From positions 1 through 64,000 of the IMG/VR virus record IMGVR_UViG_3300050146_000027: a stretch of 64,000 bases of DNA; one strand, 5' to 3'. The stretch's first letter is position 1; the number at the start of each line of letters is the position of its first letter. The translations under genes and the position numbers were made by a program. The notes under the pieces are model-generated. The model was not told the origin of the DNA. It was given only the letters and a program-made list of their open reading frames with translations, and did not search any database. Source of the DNA: a virus. Lineage: Duplodnaviria > Caudoviricetes. Of this stretch, positions 1-8,468 are shown piece by piece.

Positions 1-295
1 CTTCAGGTATCGTGTCACCTTCCAAAGGGACGAGATCACCAAATGGAACAAATCGTGCACGACGTTGGCCATTGCCATTGGTGAAGAACTCAGGCAGGCC
101 TGACAGATCTTCTGGGGCAGATGTGCTCAAGCGATGATCGATCAGCTTGAGATTGTTCTCAGCACCGACACTGCGCATGATCGAAGATTTACCCAGGCCA
201 GGTGACGATTGCACAAAAGGGACAAGACCTGCTTGCAGGATGTCGTTGATGAACTTGCGAACTTGACGAGGTGTGCAGCTGTAGAGCTCAGACAT
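1..295 (-). CDS. AAA+ (MoxR-like) ATPase, N4 gp24-like; partial, runs off the left edge
   Basis: Not in the ORF track; translated by hand: MSELYSCTPRQVRKFINDILQAGLVPFVQSSPGLGKSSIMR...LIDHRLSTSAPEDLSGLPEF. Walker A SPGLGKS; RBS AAGGA before ATG at 295. Confidence 0.85.
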   Translation of the reverse strand, partial: MSELYSCTPRQVRKFINDILQAGLVPFVQSSPGLGKSSIMRSVGAENNLKLIDHRLSTSAPEDLSGLPEFFTNGNGQRRARFVPFGDLVPLEGDTIPE

Positions 296-304
296 GAGGG
301 GTCC

Positions 305-688
305 TTAGTAAATGGCGTTAGGGTTGCGTAGACTGCGGCGACGATAGTTTTCATGTTCTTCATCAGCTGTTGCTCCCAAACAAAGTTCAGCACTTGGATA
401 ACTGATTAGCCGGAAACTACCGTCGATAGACGTGATTGACATTGTCGAAGCGTCATGCCGTATATCGACCCTCAACGTTTTAAGCACGTTGAGAACCAAA
501 CCAAAAAGATCACGGTCGGCTTCTATGGTGTGATGGTGATCCTCGACCATCACATCTTTGCCTGGGTTGTCTAAGACCAGCTGCACGTAGTGCATAGCCA
601 GCCTGATCGTTTTTCCACTCCGACGAGGCAAGCTCGGGTGTTGGAGGGTTTTGACAAAGCTCATGATATGTTTGAAGTGAATTGACAC
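305..688 (-). CDS. hypothetical protein (alternative start ATG at 664)
   Basis: ORF co-oriented with and abutting the gp24-like gene; contains PRRSGKT. Confidence 0.6.
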   Translation of the reverse strand: MSIHFKHIMSFVKTLQHPSLPRRSGKTIRLAMHYVQLVLDNPGKDVMVEDHHHTIEADRDLFGLVLNVLKTLRVDIRHDASTMSITSIDGSFRLISYPSAELCLGATADEEHENYRRRSLRNPNAIY

Positions 689-718
689 ATTGCAAGTGGT
701 GATGTATAGAAGTACAAT
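682..718 (+). promoter_or_regulatory. two overlapping sigma70-like promoters for the + strand cassette
   Basis: TTGACA(682)-N17-TATAGA(705) and TTGCAA(690)-N17-TACAAT(713), upstream of ATG 771. Confidence 0.6.
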
Positions 719-770
719 CCGCGCAGGACTACCTATCTGGTGGTCATTTCAAACCCACCGGAGAAAAGTC

Positions 771-1094
771 ATGTCTGATTTGGACAAGATCCGTACGAAA
801 AAAGATTACCCAGAAGAGTTCATCTTTCTCGAAGGAAACACTGTTCCGAAAAAAGTGGCTTACAAGCTGCCATCTCGTTTGAGCATGACGTTGGATGTGC
901 TCATTGTTGGTACTGCCACAGTGCGTCTCTACGCCAGCAACATCGAAGAATCGGCCACTGGCGCAAAGTGGGGACCCCACTTGAAAGAGTTCACTGAGTC
1001 CGCCAAGCTGATCATCGAAGGTGAGCCTTGGATCAACTGGATGGTTGAGCATGTCAGTGGAGCAGGCACTGTCGACGTTGTATTGGGGTTTTAA
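771..1094 (+). CDS. hypothetical protein, probably virion/tail-associated
   Basis: GGAGA RBS then ATG 771 (MSDLDKIRTK); first gene of the + cassette. Confidence 0.65.
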   Translation: MSDLDKIRTKKDYPEEFIFLEGNTVPKKVAYKLPSRLSMTLDVLIVGTATVRLYASNIEESATGAKWGPHLKEFTESAKLIIEGEPWINWMVEHVSGAGTVDVVLGF

Positions 1095-1096
1095 TC

Positions 1097-1420
1097 ATGA
1101 GTATGCGTAACCCAATTCAAAAGCAAGCTGGCGCAGCCCAGGCGCCAGTCGCAGCAATTGCGGTGAACTCATCGCGCAACCTGAGCAATGCTGATGCCGG
1201 CAAGGTGCTGACCGTCAAGAGCGCCAACGTTGTGCTGACCGTGGTGTCGGGTCTGAACCTCGTGCCCGGCGTGATCATCCAAAAGCACACCAGCGGCACC
1301 AGCATTGCCTTCACAGGCACCACCGGCAACGGCGCGGCCACGACGCTTCCGATCACCGGCCAGATGAGCGCCATCGTGCCTGAGAACGTGTCTGATGCCT
1401 ACCGCATCTCGGGAGTTTGA
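1097..1420 (+). CDS. small beta-rich tail-fibre-type domain protein
   Basis: LSNADAGKVLTV...AYRISG pattern typical of tail-fibre distal domains; directly upstream of the tailspike. Confidence 0.55.
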   Translation: MSMRNPIQKQAGAAQAPVAAIAVNSSRNLSNADAGKVLTVKSANVVLTVVSGLNLVPGVIIQKHTSGTSIAFTGTTGNGAATTLPITGQMSAIVPENVSDAYRISGV

Positions 1421-1422
1421 TC

Positions 1423-4400
1423 ATGAGCTTCAAACTTATCTTGAGCGTTGTTGCGTCAGCCGTTAAAAAGCTGATCGACAAGTACCTGAACAAGGACGGC
1501 TTGACAGTTGGAATGAACGTCAGCGGTACGGCCAGCTGGCTCACCAGCCGTCCGTTTGCAAACCTGATGTTCTATGCAAGCAAATGGACATCGTACAACT
1601 CACAGACGAGCACGGCCATCGCCGCAATTGCAGGTCAACAGCAGGGCCTGCTGACCACAACGTCGCCCACAGATGAGTTCACGCTGACGCTCAACGACGT
1701 TCCCAACGCGAACGGGGCGCCATTGCCAAGCGGAACGTACACCGTGATCAACCCAGATGGCTTGACCCTCAAAATCTATGTGCCAGGCGGGGTTGACCTT
1801 CTCGCATGGACGAGTTCCACCCGTGCCACCTTCAACTATGTCGCAGGCGTTACAGGCCGCGTGGCCATTGCCGTGCGGGGCGGTGTGACCAACAACAACG
1901 GCAACTTGGCCGTGCTGCTGCCTGGGCACGAATCGAGTTGGAACGCAGGCAACATCTGGAACAGCGAGTTCCTAGATTTCTACGCCCAGTCCGGCTTCAA
2001 AATGATACGGACAATGGACATGCTGAATAGCATGTGGCGTGTCGATGATGAGTGGGCTACACGCAGCCTGCCCGGCAAGCTCACACTACACCCGCGCACC
2101 AGCGGAAACTCGATGTGCATGGTGCCGTGGGAGTATTTGATTGACCTTGCGAGTCGGCTCAACACTCCACTGATGATCAACGTGCCGGTTCGCGCAAGCG
2201 TTGCGTATGTGACGGCCCTAGCCAATCTCTTCAACCAGTCGTACCCGTCCAACCTGCAGTTGTTCATTGAGGGTATCGGCAACGAGATTTGGAACACTGC
2301 ATCTGCTTTCCAGAACGCTACCCGCTGGGTGGAGTATTACAACTTCACAAAGTTCGTCGGGGCATTGGACTACACCACAGGCATCGTCACGCTGCCGTCG
2401 CACGGCCTGGCTACGGGAAACCACATCTTTGCCTTCCTTGATGCCAGCGACTGGGGCCTGTCCGGGAATGGATCCACGGACCCGTTCTATTGGGCGGCAT
2501 CGCGTGGGGAAGACCTGCTGGTGGAGGTTCTTGACGCCAACACTTTCAAGATGCGCTATTGGCCATCTACGCAGACGCCCAAGCCACTCCTGTCATTCAC
2601 GACCTACCCGAAGACTACGGTCACATTTCTCAAGTTGGCAGAGGCAGGCAAGTCCCCTGCGCTCGATGTCAACTACTCAACGCTGTGCATGCGCAACTGG
2701 TCCATTTTCGACGGAATACTGGGCCGCGAGCGTTGCGTGCACATTTTGGCTTCGCAGGCGGTCAACGCAAGCACTACCACGGCTCGATTGGCGGTGCCTG
2801 GCGCGACGGCAGCGACGGATGTTGTGGCCATCGCACCTTATTTCGGCGGATCGGTGTTCGGCATCAAGCTGACCCCCGTTGCGGGTGGTGTGACACCTGG
2901 TGTGTGGGCCTTCTACATCCTGGGTCAGCCCAAGGGCGACTCTTACGCAGCGATTTTTCCCTCCGGGGTGACACCTACGGTCGCTCAGATCAAGGGTGCT
3001 GCAGGTGTGTCTATCCTGAGCCAATTCAGTCTTGGTAGTTCTGCAGCTGATTACCTAGCCATGCCTACGCTTTCGGCCACAGATGGGACGCAAGTGACGG
3101 TCTGGGTGACCGTACAGGTGGGCGCTCAGGACATGGTGCTTTCCGGCACAGTGACTGCCGGTGCGGGGCAGTCGGCCATCGAAGTGCAACCCACTTTTGC
3201 GGAGCACGCCAAGCGTGTCCGCGAGGATGTGATGGTCAAGGTGGCTGGCAACATCAAAGCCCAAGTCACAGCAGCGGGATCCATCCCTCTCATGAACTAT
3301 GAATGCGGCTCCCACAGCGATGTGAGCGCCCCCGGCGCATTGATGGGCTGGCACACGAACTACATGCACAGCGCAGAACACGCGGCTGTCATGAAGGAGT
3401 ACGTCACGCACATGAGTCAGTGGATCAAGTTGATTGGCTGGTTTGCAGACGTTGGAGTGGACAATGCCAATACGACCTGCTGGGCCGTTGCCACGTCCTA
3501 CAAGACGGCTGAGTGGTCTGTGGACACCCGCTACAACGCATTGAAGTCGCTGAACGGGTATGTGCCTCGCGCCCAGCCTTTGCAGATTGAAGCCGTAGCC
3601 CCCGTAGCCAACATCCTGACGAACCCGGGCGCTGTGTTCAAGGTGATGGATCTGCCAGGCGATGCTTCGCATTACATCTACGCAGGCAACAATGACGGCG
3701 CCTATTCAATCTCGGGCAATGCGGTCTACGGTGACCCTGCAAAGATCAACTGGACCAAGCCGATTTCTACGGCCTTGGTGATCCATGGGGTTGTCTCCGG
3801 TGCACAGATCGGACGTGGCATCGTTTCGGTGCCAACAGGTGACTCTTGGTACGCAGGGGACTCGCTGTTCGCTTGGTCCACTATTGAGGACACAGACACA
3901 GCGGCGGTTAACCCGGCGATTGGCAACGTGGTGGCAAAGGTTTCCACGCCTAAAGCATCTGCAGCCGGTGGTCTTTGGGATATGGACAGCGCAGCGTACA
4001 ACGGCAGCGGTTTGACAGCGGCTTTGGTGCCAAGCAAACCGATTTTCATTGCCGCTGTACTGGACAAGGACAATCACACCGCGATCTATGTCAACGCGCT
4101 GCTGGCCATTGGTGGTGGGCAAGGCGTGTCGTTCCAGGTCAACGCCAGCGTGGCAAACGACATTCGGGCGATCATCGCGGCAAGCAATGGATCAGCCACT
4201 GTCACGTTCCCTACAACGACCGCAGGCGCCCATGTTTATTGGTTCTACAGTAATGGGGTTGGCAGTGTGCAGTGCGGCGTGGACCAGAACAACGGCACAA
4301 CATCTACCGCCCTTGCCTTGTCGGCATCGGGCACGATGGGCACCACGGTCGTCATCGGCTCGAACGCATCAACGCCGCGATCGCTCATGAAGCACGGCTC

Positions 4401-4488
4401 GATGATGGTCCTGAACCGCACAGGGCTGACACTGGCGCAGGCCAAAGCCATCGTGGCAAAGATGCAGACCTTGCACGGCATCGCTTGA
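1423..4488 (+). CDS. putative tailspike/depolymerase: GH-A-like TIM barrel plus C-terminal beta-sandwich (lectin-like) domain
   Basis: Motifs FKMIRTMDM, VPWEYLIDLA, LMINVP, EGIGNEIWN (acid/base NE), LMNYECGSH (nucleophile YE); Ala/Gly/Thr-rich. Confidence 0.65.
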   Translation: MSFKLILSVVASAVKKLIDKYLNKDGLTVGMNVSGTASWLTSRPFANLMFYASKWTSYNSQTSTAIAAIAGQQQGLLTTTSPTDEFTLTLNDVPNANGAPLPSGTYTVINPDGLTLKIYVPGGVDLLAWTSSTRATFNYVAGVTGRVAIAVRGGVTNNNGNLAVLLPGHESSWNAGNIWNSEFLDFYAQSGFKMIRTMDMLNSMWRVDDEWATRSLPGKLTLHPRTSGNSMCMVPWEYLIDLASRLNTPLMINVPVRASVAYVTALANLFNQSYPSNLQLFIEGIGNEIWNTASAFQNATRWVEYYNFTKFVGALDYTTGIVTLPSHGLATGNHIFAFLDASDWGLSGNGSTDPFYWAASRGEDLLVEVLDANTFKMRYWPSTQTPKPLLSFTTYPKTTVTFLKLAEAGKSPALDVNYSTLCMRNWSIFDGILGRERCVHILASQAVNASTTTARLAVPGATAATDVVAIAPYFGGSVFGIKLTPVAGGVTPGVWAFYILGQPKGDSYAAIFPSGVTPTVAQIKGAAGVSILSQFSLGSSAADYLAMPTLSATDGTQVTVWVTVQVGAQDMVLSGTVTAGAGQSAIEVQPTFAEHAKRVREDVMVKVAGNIKAQVTAAGSIPLMNYECGSHSDVSAPGALMGWHTNYMHSAEHAAVMKEYVTHMSQWIKLIGWFADVGVDNANTTCWAVATSYKTAEWSVDTRYNALKSLNGYVPRAQPLQIEAVAPVANILTNPGAVFKVMDLPGDASHYIYAGNNDGAYSISGNAVYGDPAKINWTKPISTALVIHGVVSGAQIGRGIVSVPTGDSWYAGDSLFAWSTIEDTDTAAVNPAIGNVVAKVSTPKASAAGGLWDMDSAAYNGSGLTAALVPSKPIFIAAVLDKDNHTAIYVNALLAIGGGQGVSFQVNASVANDIRAIIAASNGSATVTFPTTTAGAHVYWFYSNGVGSVQCGVDQNNGTTSTALALSASGTMGTTVVIGSNASTPRSLMKHGSMMVLNRTGLTLAQAKAIVAKMQTLHGIA

Positions 4489-4520
4489 TCAGCCTCACAA
4501 GCTGATTACCTGGTCTGACG

Positions 4521-4548
4521 ACGCCCCAGAAATGGGGCGTTGTTTCTT
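4521..4548 (+). terminator. intrinsic terminator after the tailspike gene
   Basis: ACGCCCC-AGAAAT-GGGGCGT followed by TGTTTCTTT. Confidence 0.65.
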
Positions 4549-4618
4549 TGCTGGGCCTATGGCTGGCGCGATGGCATGAGAGTGCTGAGCGATAGTTCGT
4601 GACGCTATCATCTCTGCA

Positions 4619-4647
4619 TGGCAACACTCGACCCAACCCATTACAAT
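4619..4647 (+). promoter_or_regulatory. sigma70-like promoter for holin-endolysin
   Basis: TGGCAA-N17-TACAAT, same pattern as the promoter at 690-718. Confidence 0.45.
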
Positions 4648-4663
4648 TCGGGAGTCTTAAATC

Positions 4664-5107
4664 ATGGCGAACAAGGAGAAGTACATGCAGGTGACAGAAC
4701 ACGCAACAGAGTCAGCAAGTGCTGTGGCCATCACATTGAAATCTGGTTTGTCTGGGGTTGCAGTTACTCTGTTTTTCTCGATGTTTGCAGTTGTGGTTGG
4801 CTTCAAGGTGGTGCCTCTTGTGAAAGGGCGTGAGATTGAAGATGCTTCTCGCCGTTTGGCTTGTGGCTTTCTTTCCTCAATCACAGTTGGCTTCTACTCG
4901 GCTTACAAGTTCATCAAGTTTGATCCAGACTGGCTCAAGCTTTGGTTGAATGTTTTCCAAGGTCAACAAGATCAGTGGTTTTTTGCCGTAGTCGCCGCAG
5001 CACTTCCTTTTGTTGCTGGTTCAGCATTGGCCGGGTTCTGGATTGTGGCTGCGTTCATGCGGTTGGCCAAAGAGAAAACAAACAGATACGGAAGGACTCA
5101 AAAATGA
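4664..5107 (+). CDS. holin, with possible dual start (ATG 4664 / ATG 4685)
   Basis: About three hydrophobic segments and a basic C-terminus; overlaps the endolysin start. Confidence 0.7.
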   Translation: MANKEKYMQVTEHATESASAVAITLKSGLSGVAVTLFFSMFAVVVGFKVVPLVKGREIEDASRRLACGFLSSITVGFYSAYKFIKFDPDWLKLWLNVFQGQQDQWFFAVVAAALPFVAGSALAGFWIVAAFMRLAKEKTNRYGRTQK

Positions 5108-5508
5108 ATTTGATCAAATCTCAACGTCTTGATGGCGTCAATGCATCCCTCGCTGCCATCGTTCAACGTGCAGTCAAAGCTGTACCGTTTGACGTGATCG
5201 TAGTGGAAGGCTTGCGTACCAAGGCTCGACAGGCTGATCTGTTTGCCCAAGGCCGTACCAAACCCGGCAAAGTGGTCACATGGACATTGGACAGCAAGCA
5301 CATCGAAGGACGTGCTGTGGATCTTGCCCCGATGAAAGATGGCGAGATTGACTGGTCTGACCCCAAGAAGTTCGACGCCATCAACACTGCGATGCAGGCT
5401 GCTGCTCGTGAGGCCAATGTCAAGATCCGTTGGGGTGCCGACTGGGACATGGATGGTCGGCCCCGTGAACGTGGTGAAAGCGACTCTCCCCACTGGGAAC
5501 TTGCTTGA
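5104..5508 (+). CDS. endolysin, peptidase M15 family (L-Ala-D-Glu peptidase type)
   Basis: EGLRT..RQ..L, SKHIEGRAVDLAP and WGADW..DSPHWEL zinc-ligand motifs; ATG 5104. Confidence 0.9.
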   Translation: MNLIKSQRLDGVNASLAAIVQRAVKAVPFDVIVVEGLRTKARQADLFAQGRTKPGKVVTWTLDSKHIEGRAVDLAPMKDGEIDWSDPKKFDAINTAMQAAAREANVKIRWGADWDMDGRPRERGESDSPHWELA

Positions 5509-5520
5509 CAAGCTTCTGAC

Positions 5521-5556
5521 AAAAACAAAGGCCCCTGTTGGGGCCTTTGTTCATTT
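5521..5556. terminator. bidirectional terminator between convergent units
   Basis: ACAAAGGCCCC-TGTT-GGGGCCTTTGT flanked by A and T tracts. Confidence 0.8.
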
Positions 5557-5763
5557 TGCAGGGCCTTCACATCCCAGCGTTGGTCGTGGGACCAAGTCAT
5601 AGCCTGCTTCCTTCACGAGCTCCATCGCATGCTCAAGAGCAAACCGCTTATTGAGCTCAGTGCGGGAAAGAAACGTGACACCAGGTGACTCAGGTGATTT
5701 CATGCAGCGATCAGAGCAACCTGAAGTCACATTTGGACATTCTCCGCAATCGAAACGACTCAT
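5551..5763 (-). CDS. hypothetical Cys-rich protein
   Basis: CxxC..C...C; ATGA overlap with the upstream gene. Confidence 0.55.
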   Translation of the reverse strand: MSRFDCGECPNVTSGCSDRCMKSPESPGVTFLSRTELNKRFALEHAMELVKEAGYDLVPRPTLGCEGPAK

Positions 5764-5969
5764 GGTGTTTTCCTTTCAAAAGTGAGCAGCCAAGCCACTC
5801 GTGTAAAAAGACTGGAAACTACCCCGAACACATAGATTCTGTATTCTGGGTACACAAGGTGCCATATGGTGGATATCAAATCCAACCCACCAATCACAAC
5901 AGCCGTAAAGAAGATGGACAGCATTAGAGTGATTACCAATCGACCAATGAAAAGTGCTGTCTTGTTCAC
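5760..5969 (-). CDS. hypothetical membrane protein
   Basis: Two hydrophobic segments; coupled overlaps on both sides. Confidence 0.55.
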   Translation of the reverse strand: MNKTALFIGRLVITLMLSIFFTAVVIGGLDLISTIWHLVYPEYRIYVFGVVSSLFTRVAWLLTFERKTP

Positions 5970-6847
5970 AATGCACTTTCCTTCGTGTTCGTGGGGGCGT
6001 AGGCAGTGGCAAGCAGGGCATCAGCAAACTGAACCAAGCCCCAATAGTTGAACGTTGCCACATCCCATTCCATCTGCGATCCACTGGCAAGGGAGCGGGC
6101 GTGCTTTTTGGCCAGTGCGTCGAACTTCTCCATGTCCAACTTCGGCGCAGCAGGCACAGCAGCCGGGGCGCGACAGTTGGCAAGCTGCCCCTCTGCGCTT
6201 TCAAGACGCTCACCCATCTTGGACAGCAAGCGCACCACGTCATCGACGCTCTTCGCATAGACCTCTTCCCCACACCCATCCCAGCCGGGCACCACGTCCA
6301 GCATGATCTTGCGGACATCAAGCTCGGCAGGCACAGCAGGGGCGGTAGGCTGGGAGCCGATGCGTGCCCTGTATTTGACGAATGCCTCGGTGTCCAGTTG
6401 AGCGCCAGTGAACGACTCGCCGGTTTCGGTGAAAGTCCATGGGCCGTGCGAGAACACCTCAAGCGGTTCAGCAGGCATCGGCCTCGCAGCAGGGGCGGGC
6501 TGGGCTGTGTAGAGCGTCAGCAAGTTGTGCGGCGCAAGGCCCGGCCACTCTTGAGACATCTTGGAGAGATCCTCAAGAGTGAAAGGCTCACGCTCATGGG
6601 CGGTGCCGAAGAACTCCGACTTGCGAGGTCGGATAGCTTGCGCGGTGCCGTTCTTGTCGATGATGGCCCAGCCCCACTCCTCTCCCTGCTCGCTGGCCGT
6701 GGCTTGGGTGATGGCGTCAACGGCATCACTCATCGCTCGATATGGGCATGAGTAGGAGTGCTCGGAAGCGACGGGCGTTTTTGTCAGGCATGAGCAAGAT
6801 CCCGACATCAGGCGTTGCAGTCGATAGATGATGTCTTCGGTGCCCAT
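5966..6847 (-). CDS. mosaic hypothetical protein of the type seen in prophage accessory genes
   Basis: CSCLTKTP..H...C.YR module, QPAPA/AVPA linkers, visibly GC-richer than neighbours. Confidence 0.6.
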   Translation of the reverse strand: MGTEDIIYRLQRLMSGSCSCLTKTPVASEHSYSCPYRAMSDAVDAITQATASEQGEEWGWAIIDKNGTAQAIRPRKSEFFGTAHEREPFTLEDLSKMSQEWPGLAPHNLLTLYTAQPAPAARPMPAEPLEVFSHGPWTFTETGESFTGAQLDTEAFVKYRARIGSQPTAPAVPAELDVRKIMLDVVPGWDGCGEEVYAKSVDDVVRLLSKMGERLESAEGQLANCRAPAAVPAAPKLDMEKFDALAKKHARSLASGSQMEWDVATFNYWGLVQFADALLATAYAPTNTKESAL

Positions 6848-6849
6848 GA

Positions 6850-7182
6850 TCAAAACTCCCAGTTAAAGGCAATACCAGTCGGGCTGATCATGAGACCAGT
6901 AACCTTTGCAGCCAAGCATGCGGCCGCAGCAGTGACCGCAAAGTCTTTGAAGCTGGACGTGTGCTTGTCAGGATGCTGTCCGTCATAGACCTCTTTGGCC
7001 AGACCGGCACCAGTACCAATCAAGCAACCCACAGTGGGGTTCTTTGATGCAGCGGTACCAAGGGATCCGAGGACAATTCCAACAGCTGCGTGTTGGGCTT
7101 TGTCGCGGCCAGTCCATTCATCAGCATGTGATGTGGTCATGGCCAGCATTGCAATGAATGCGATCAGTGTTTGTTTCTTCAT
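6850..7182 (-). CDS. YfiM-like secreted/membrane protein
   Basis: Signal peptide MKKQTLIAFIAMLAMTTSHA; WTGRDKAQH...GLAKEVYD...SSFKDF motif. Confidence 0.65.
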   Translation of the reverse strand: MKKQTLIAFIAMLAMTTSHADEWTGRDKAQHAAVGIVLGSLGTAASKNPTVGCLIGTGAGLAKEVYDGQHPDKHTSSFKDFAVTAAAACLAAKVTGLMISPTGIAFNWEF

Positions 7183-7183
7183 G

Positions 7184-7429
7184 TCAATTTCCTTCAGTGT
7201 GAACTTGGAATGCTTGTTGATAAAGCTCTTTCTTAACCCAATAGAGGGACCCGCCAGCATAGTAGTCTGGGTCATTGAGAATTAGGCATTCAGGAAAATT
7301 CTGACGATTGGCGAACAACTCACGACCAAGCTGATCCCATTCACGGTCGGACATTTCACTGTCGTCGCTCATGTAGTATTTCTGGGCTGCGGTCAACCAA
7401 TTGATGCGCTTGGTGATCAAGGTGCTCAT
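7184..7429 (-). CDS. stand-alone NAD-dependent DNA ligase domain Ia-like protein
   Basis: AAQKYYMSDDSEMSDREWDQLGREL matches the LigA Ia pattern YY..d.p.iSD.EYD.L..eL. Confidence 0.6.
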   Translation of the reverse strand: MSTLITKRINWLTAAQKYYMSDDSEMSDREWDQLGRELFANRQNFPECLILNDPDYYAGGSLYWVKKELYQQAFQVHTEGN

Positions 7430-7794
7430 AAAAGTTCTTCCGGTACTTCGACCTCGTCGCCGAGCTTGGATGCCACGTAGCAGCGCATGGCGGCGATGAG
7501 GGGAGTATTTCCCACTTGTTTAAAATCATTTATACCTTTACATGAAATCCACAATTGAGCGATTTTACTCACTAGTCGTGATGTGTAATTGCAGAGATCA
7601 ATTTCTTCCCGCTCAATGATCGGCCCGCCTTGTGCCCAGTCGGTGGAGGGTGAGTACAAATCGTAGTCATTTGTGAACTGCGACAGCGCAAAGCGCACCT
7701 TGCCTGCAGCAATACGAATGGACTCATCCTCACATTTCGCCACCAACCAGTCCAGGGTTGCGCCTGTGGCTTCGCTGACTTTAATTGTTTTCAT
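7426..7794 (-). CDS. DUF2591/NinX-like phage protein
   Basis: LDWLVAKCE, YSPSTDWAQGGPIIERE, TPLIAAMRCYVASKLG. Confidence 0.75.
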   Translation of the reverse strand: MKTIKVSEATGATLDWLVAKCEDESIRIAAGKVRFALSQFTNDYDLYSPSTDWAQGGPIIEREEIDLCNYTSRLVSKIAQLWISCKGINDFKQVGNTPLIAAMRCYVASKLGDEVEVPEELL

Positions 7795-7808
7795 GGAAAT
7801 TCTCCTAG

Positions 7809-8108
7809 TCAGAATCGACGGCGGGCAAAATAGAACGGAAGCTCTTTTTTGTTCTCTTTGAATTCCCACATAGATGCTTTTTGAGGAGCACTTGGTGAAA
7901 AAGCAAGCTTTCGATGGCCTTCCGAACCAGAAAGAAGAATTGCCGTATGGGCTTCTTCAGGATTGCAGCCTTGTTGCCGCAATGCACGATAGAGCTGTTG
8001 ATCCTCAGCACTTTCGTACACCCCAATTTGTGGTTTCAAGTTGCCGGGAAAGTCAATCAGCTCATCAATGATGATGGCTTTGGGTCTGGGATTTGTGTAA
8101 TTCACCAT
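7809..8108 (-). CDS. hypothetical protein
   Basis: RBS GAAGG then ATG 8108 (MVNYTNPRP). Confidence 0.55.
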   Translation of the reverse strand: MVNYTNPRPKAIIIDELIDFPGNLKPQIGVYESAEDQQLYRALRQQGCNPEEAHTAILLSGSEGHRKLAFSPSAPQKASMWEFKENKKELPFYFARRRF

Positions 8109-8110
8109 GT

Positions 8111-8464
8111 TCAGATTCCCTTCTTTGATTTTGCAGATCGCAATGCACGTCGTCTCTGATTCATGAGATGCGTGGTCAATTCCAAGTGTCCTGGGTTGCA
8201 GCACAATCTCTGATTGCATAGGTGATCCACTTGCTTCTTGCTGGGAATGTAGCCGTGGTAGTGGGTGTAGGCAACGAGATGCACAGCAACGGTTTGGGAG
8301 TCCAAAGACATTCGACCGTAACCACCACCACGACCATTCCCTGATGTTGGGCCTGTCCACAAATGACAGGGGCTTGGTTGACCATCAATAAAAAAGCCCG
8401 TATCGACGATGTCGCAACGGGCTTCTATTTTCTCGATGATCGTTTTGCGACGATCTTTTTCCAT
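8111..8464 (-). CDS. HNH endonuclease (His-Cys/zinc-loop type, N4 gp22-like)
   Basis: CHLWTG...GYGRM...VHLVAY...VDHLCNQRLCCNPGHLE. Confidence 0.85.
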   Translation of the reverse strand: MEKDRRKTIIEKIEARCDIVDTGFFIDGQPSPCHLWTGPTSGNGRGGGYGRMSLDSQTVAVHLVAYTHYHGYIPSKKQVDHLCNQRLCCNPGHLELTTHLMNQRRRALRSAKSKKGI

Positions 8465-8468
8465 GGCA

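Noticed and set aside
8111-8464. Second mobile homing endonuclease
   Set aside because: Matches the conserved N4 gp22-like HNH at its usual position, with no sign of recent insertion.
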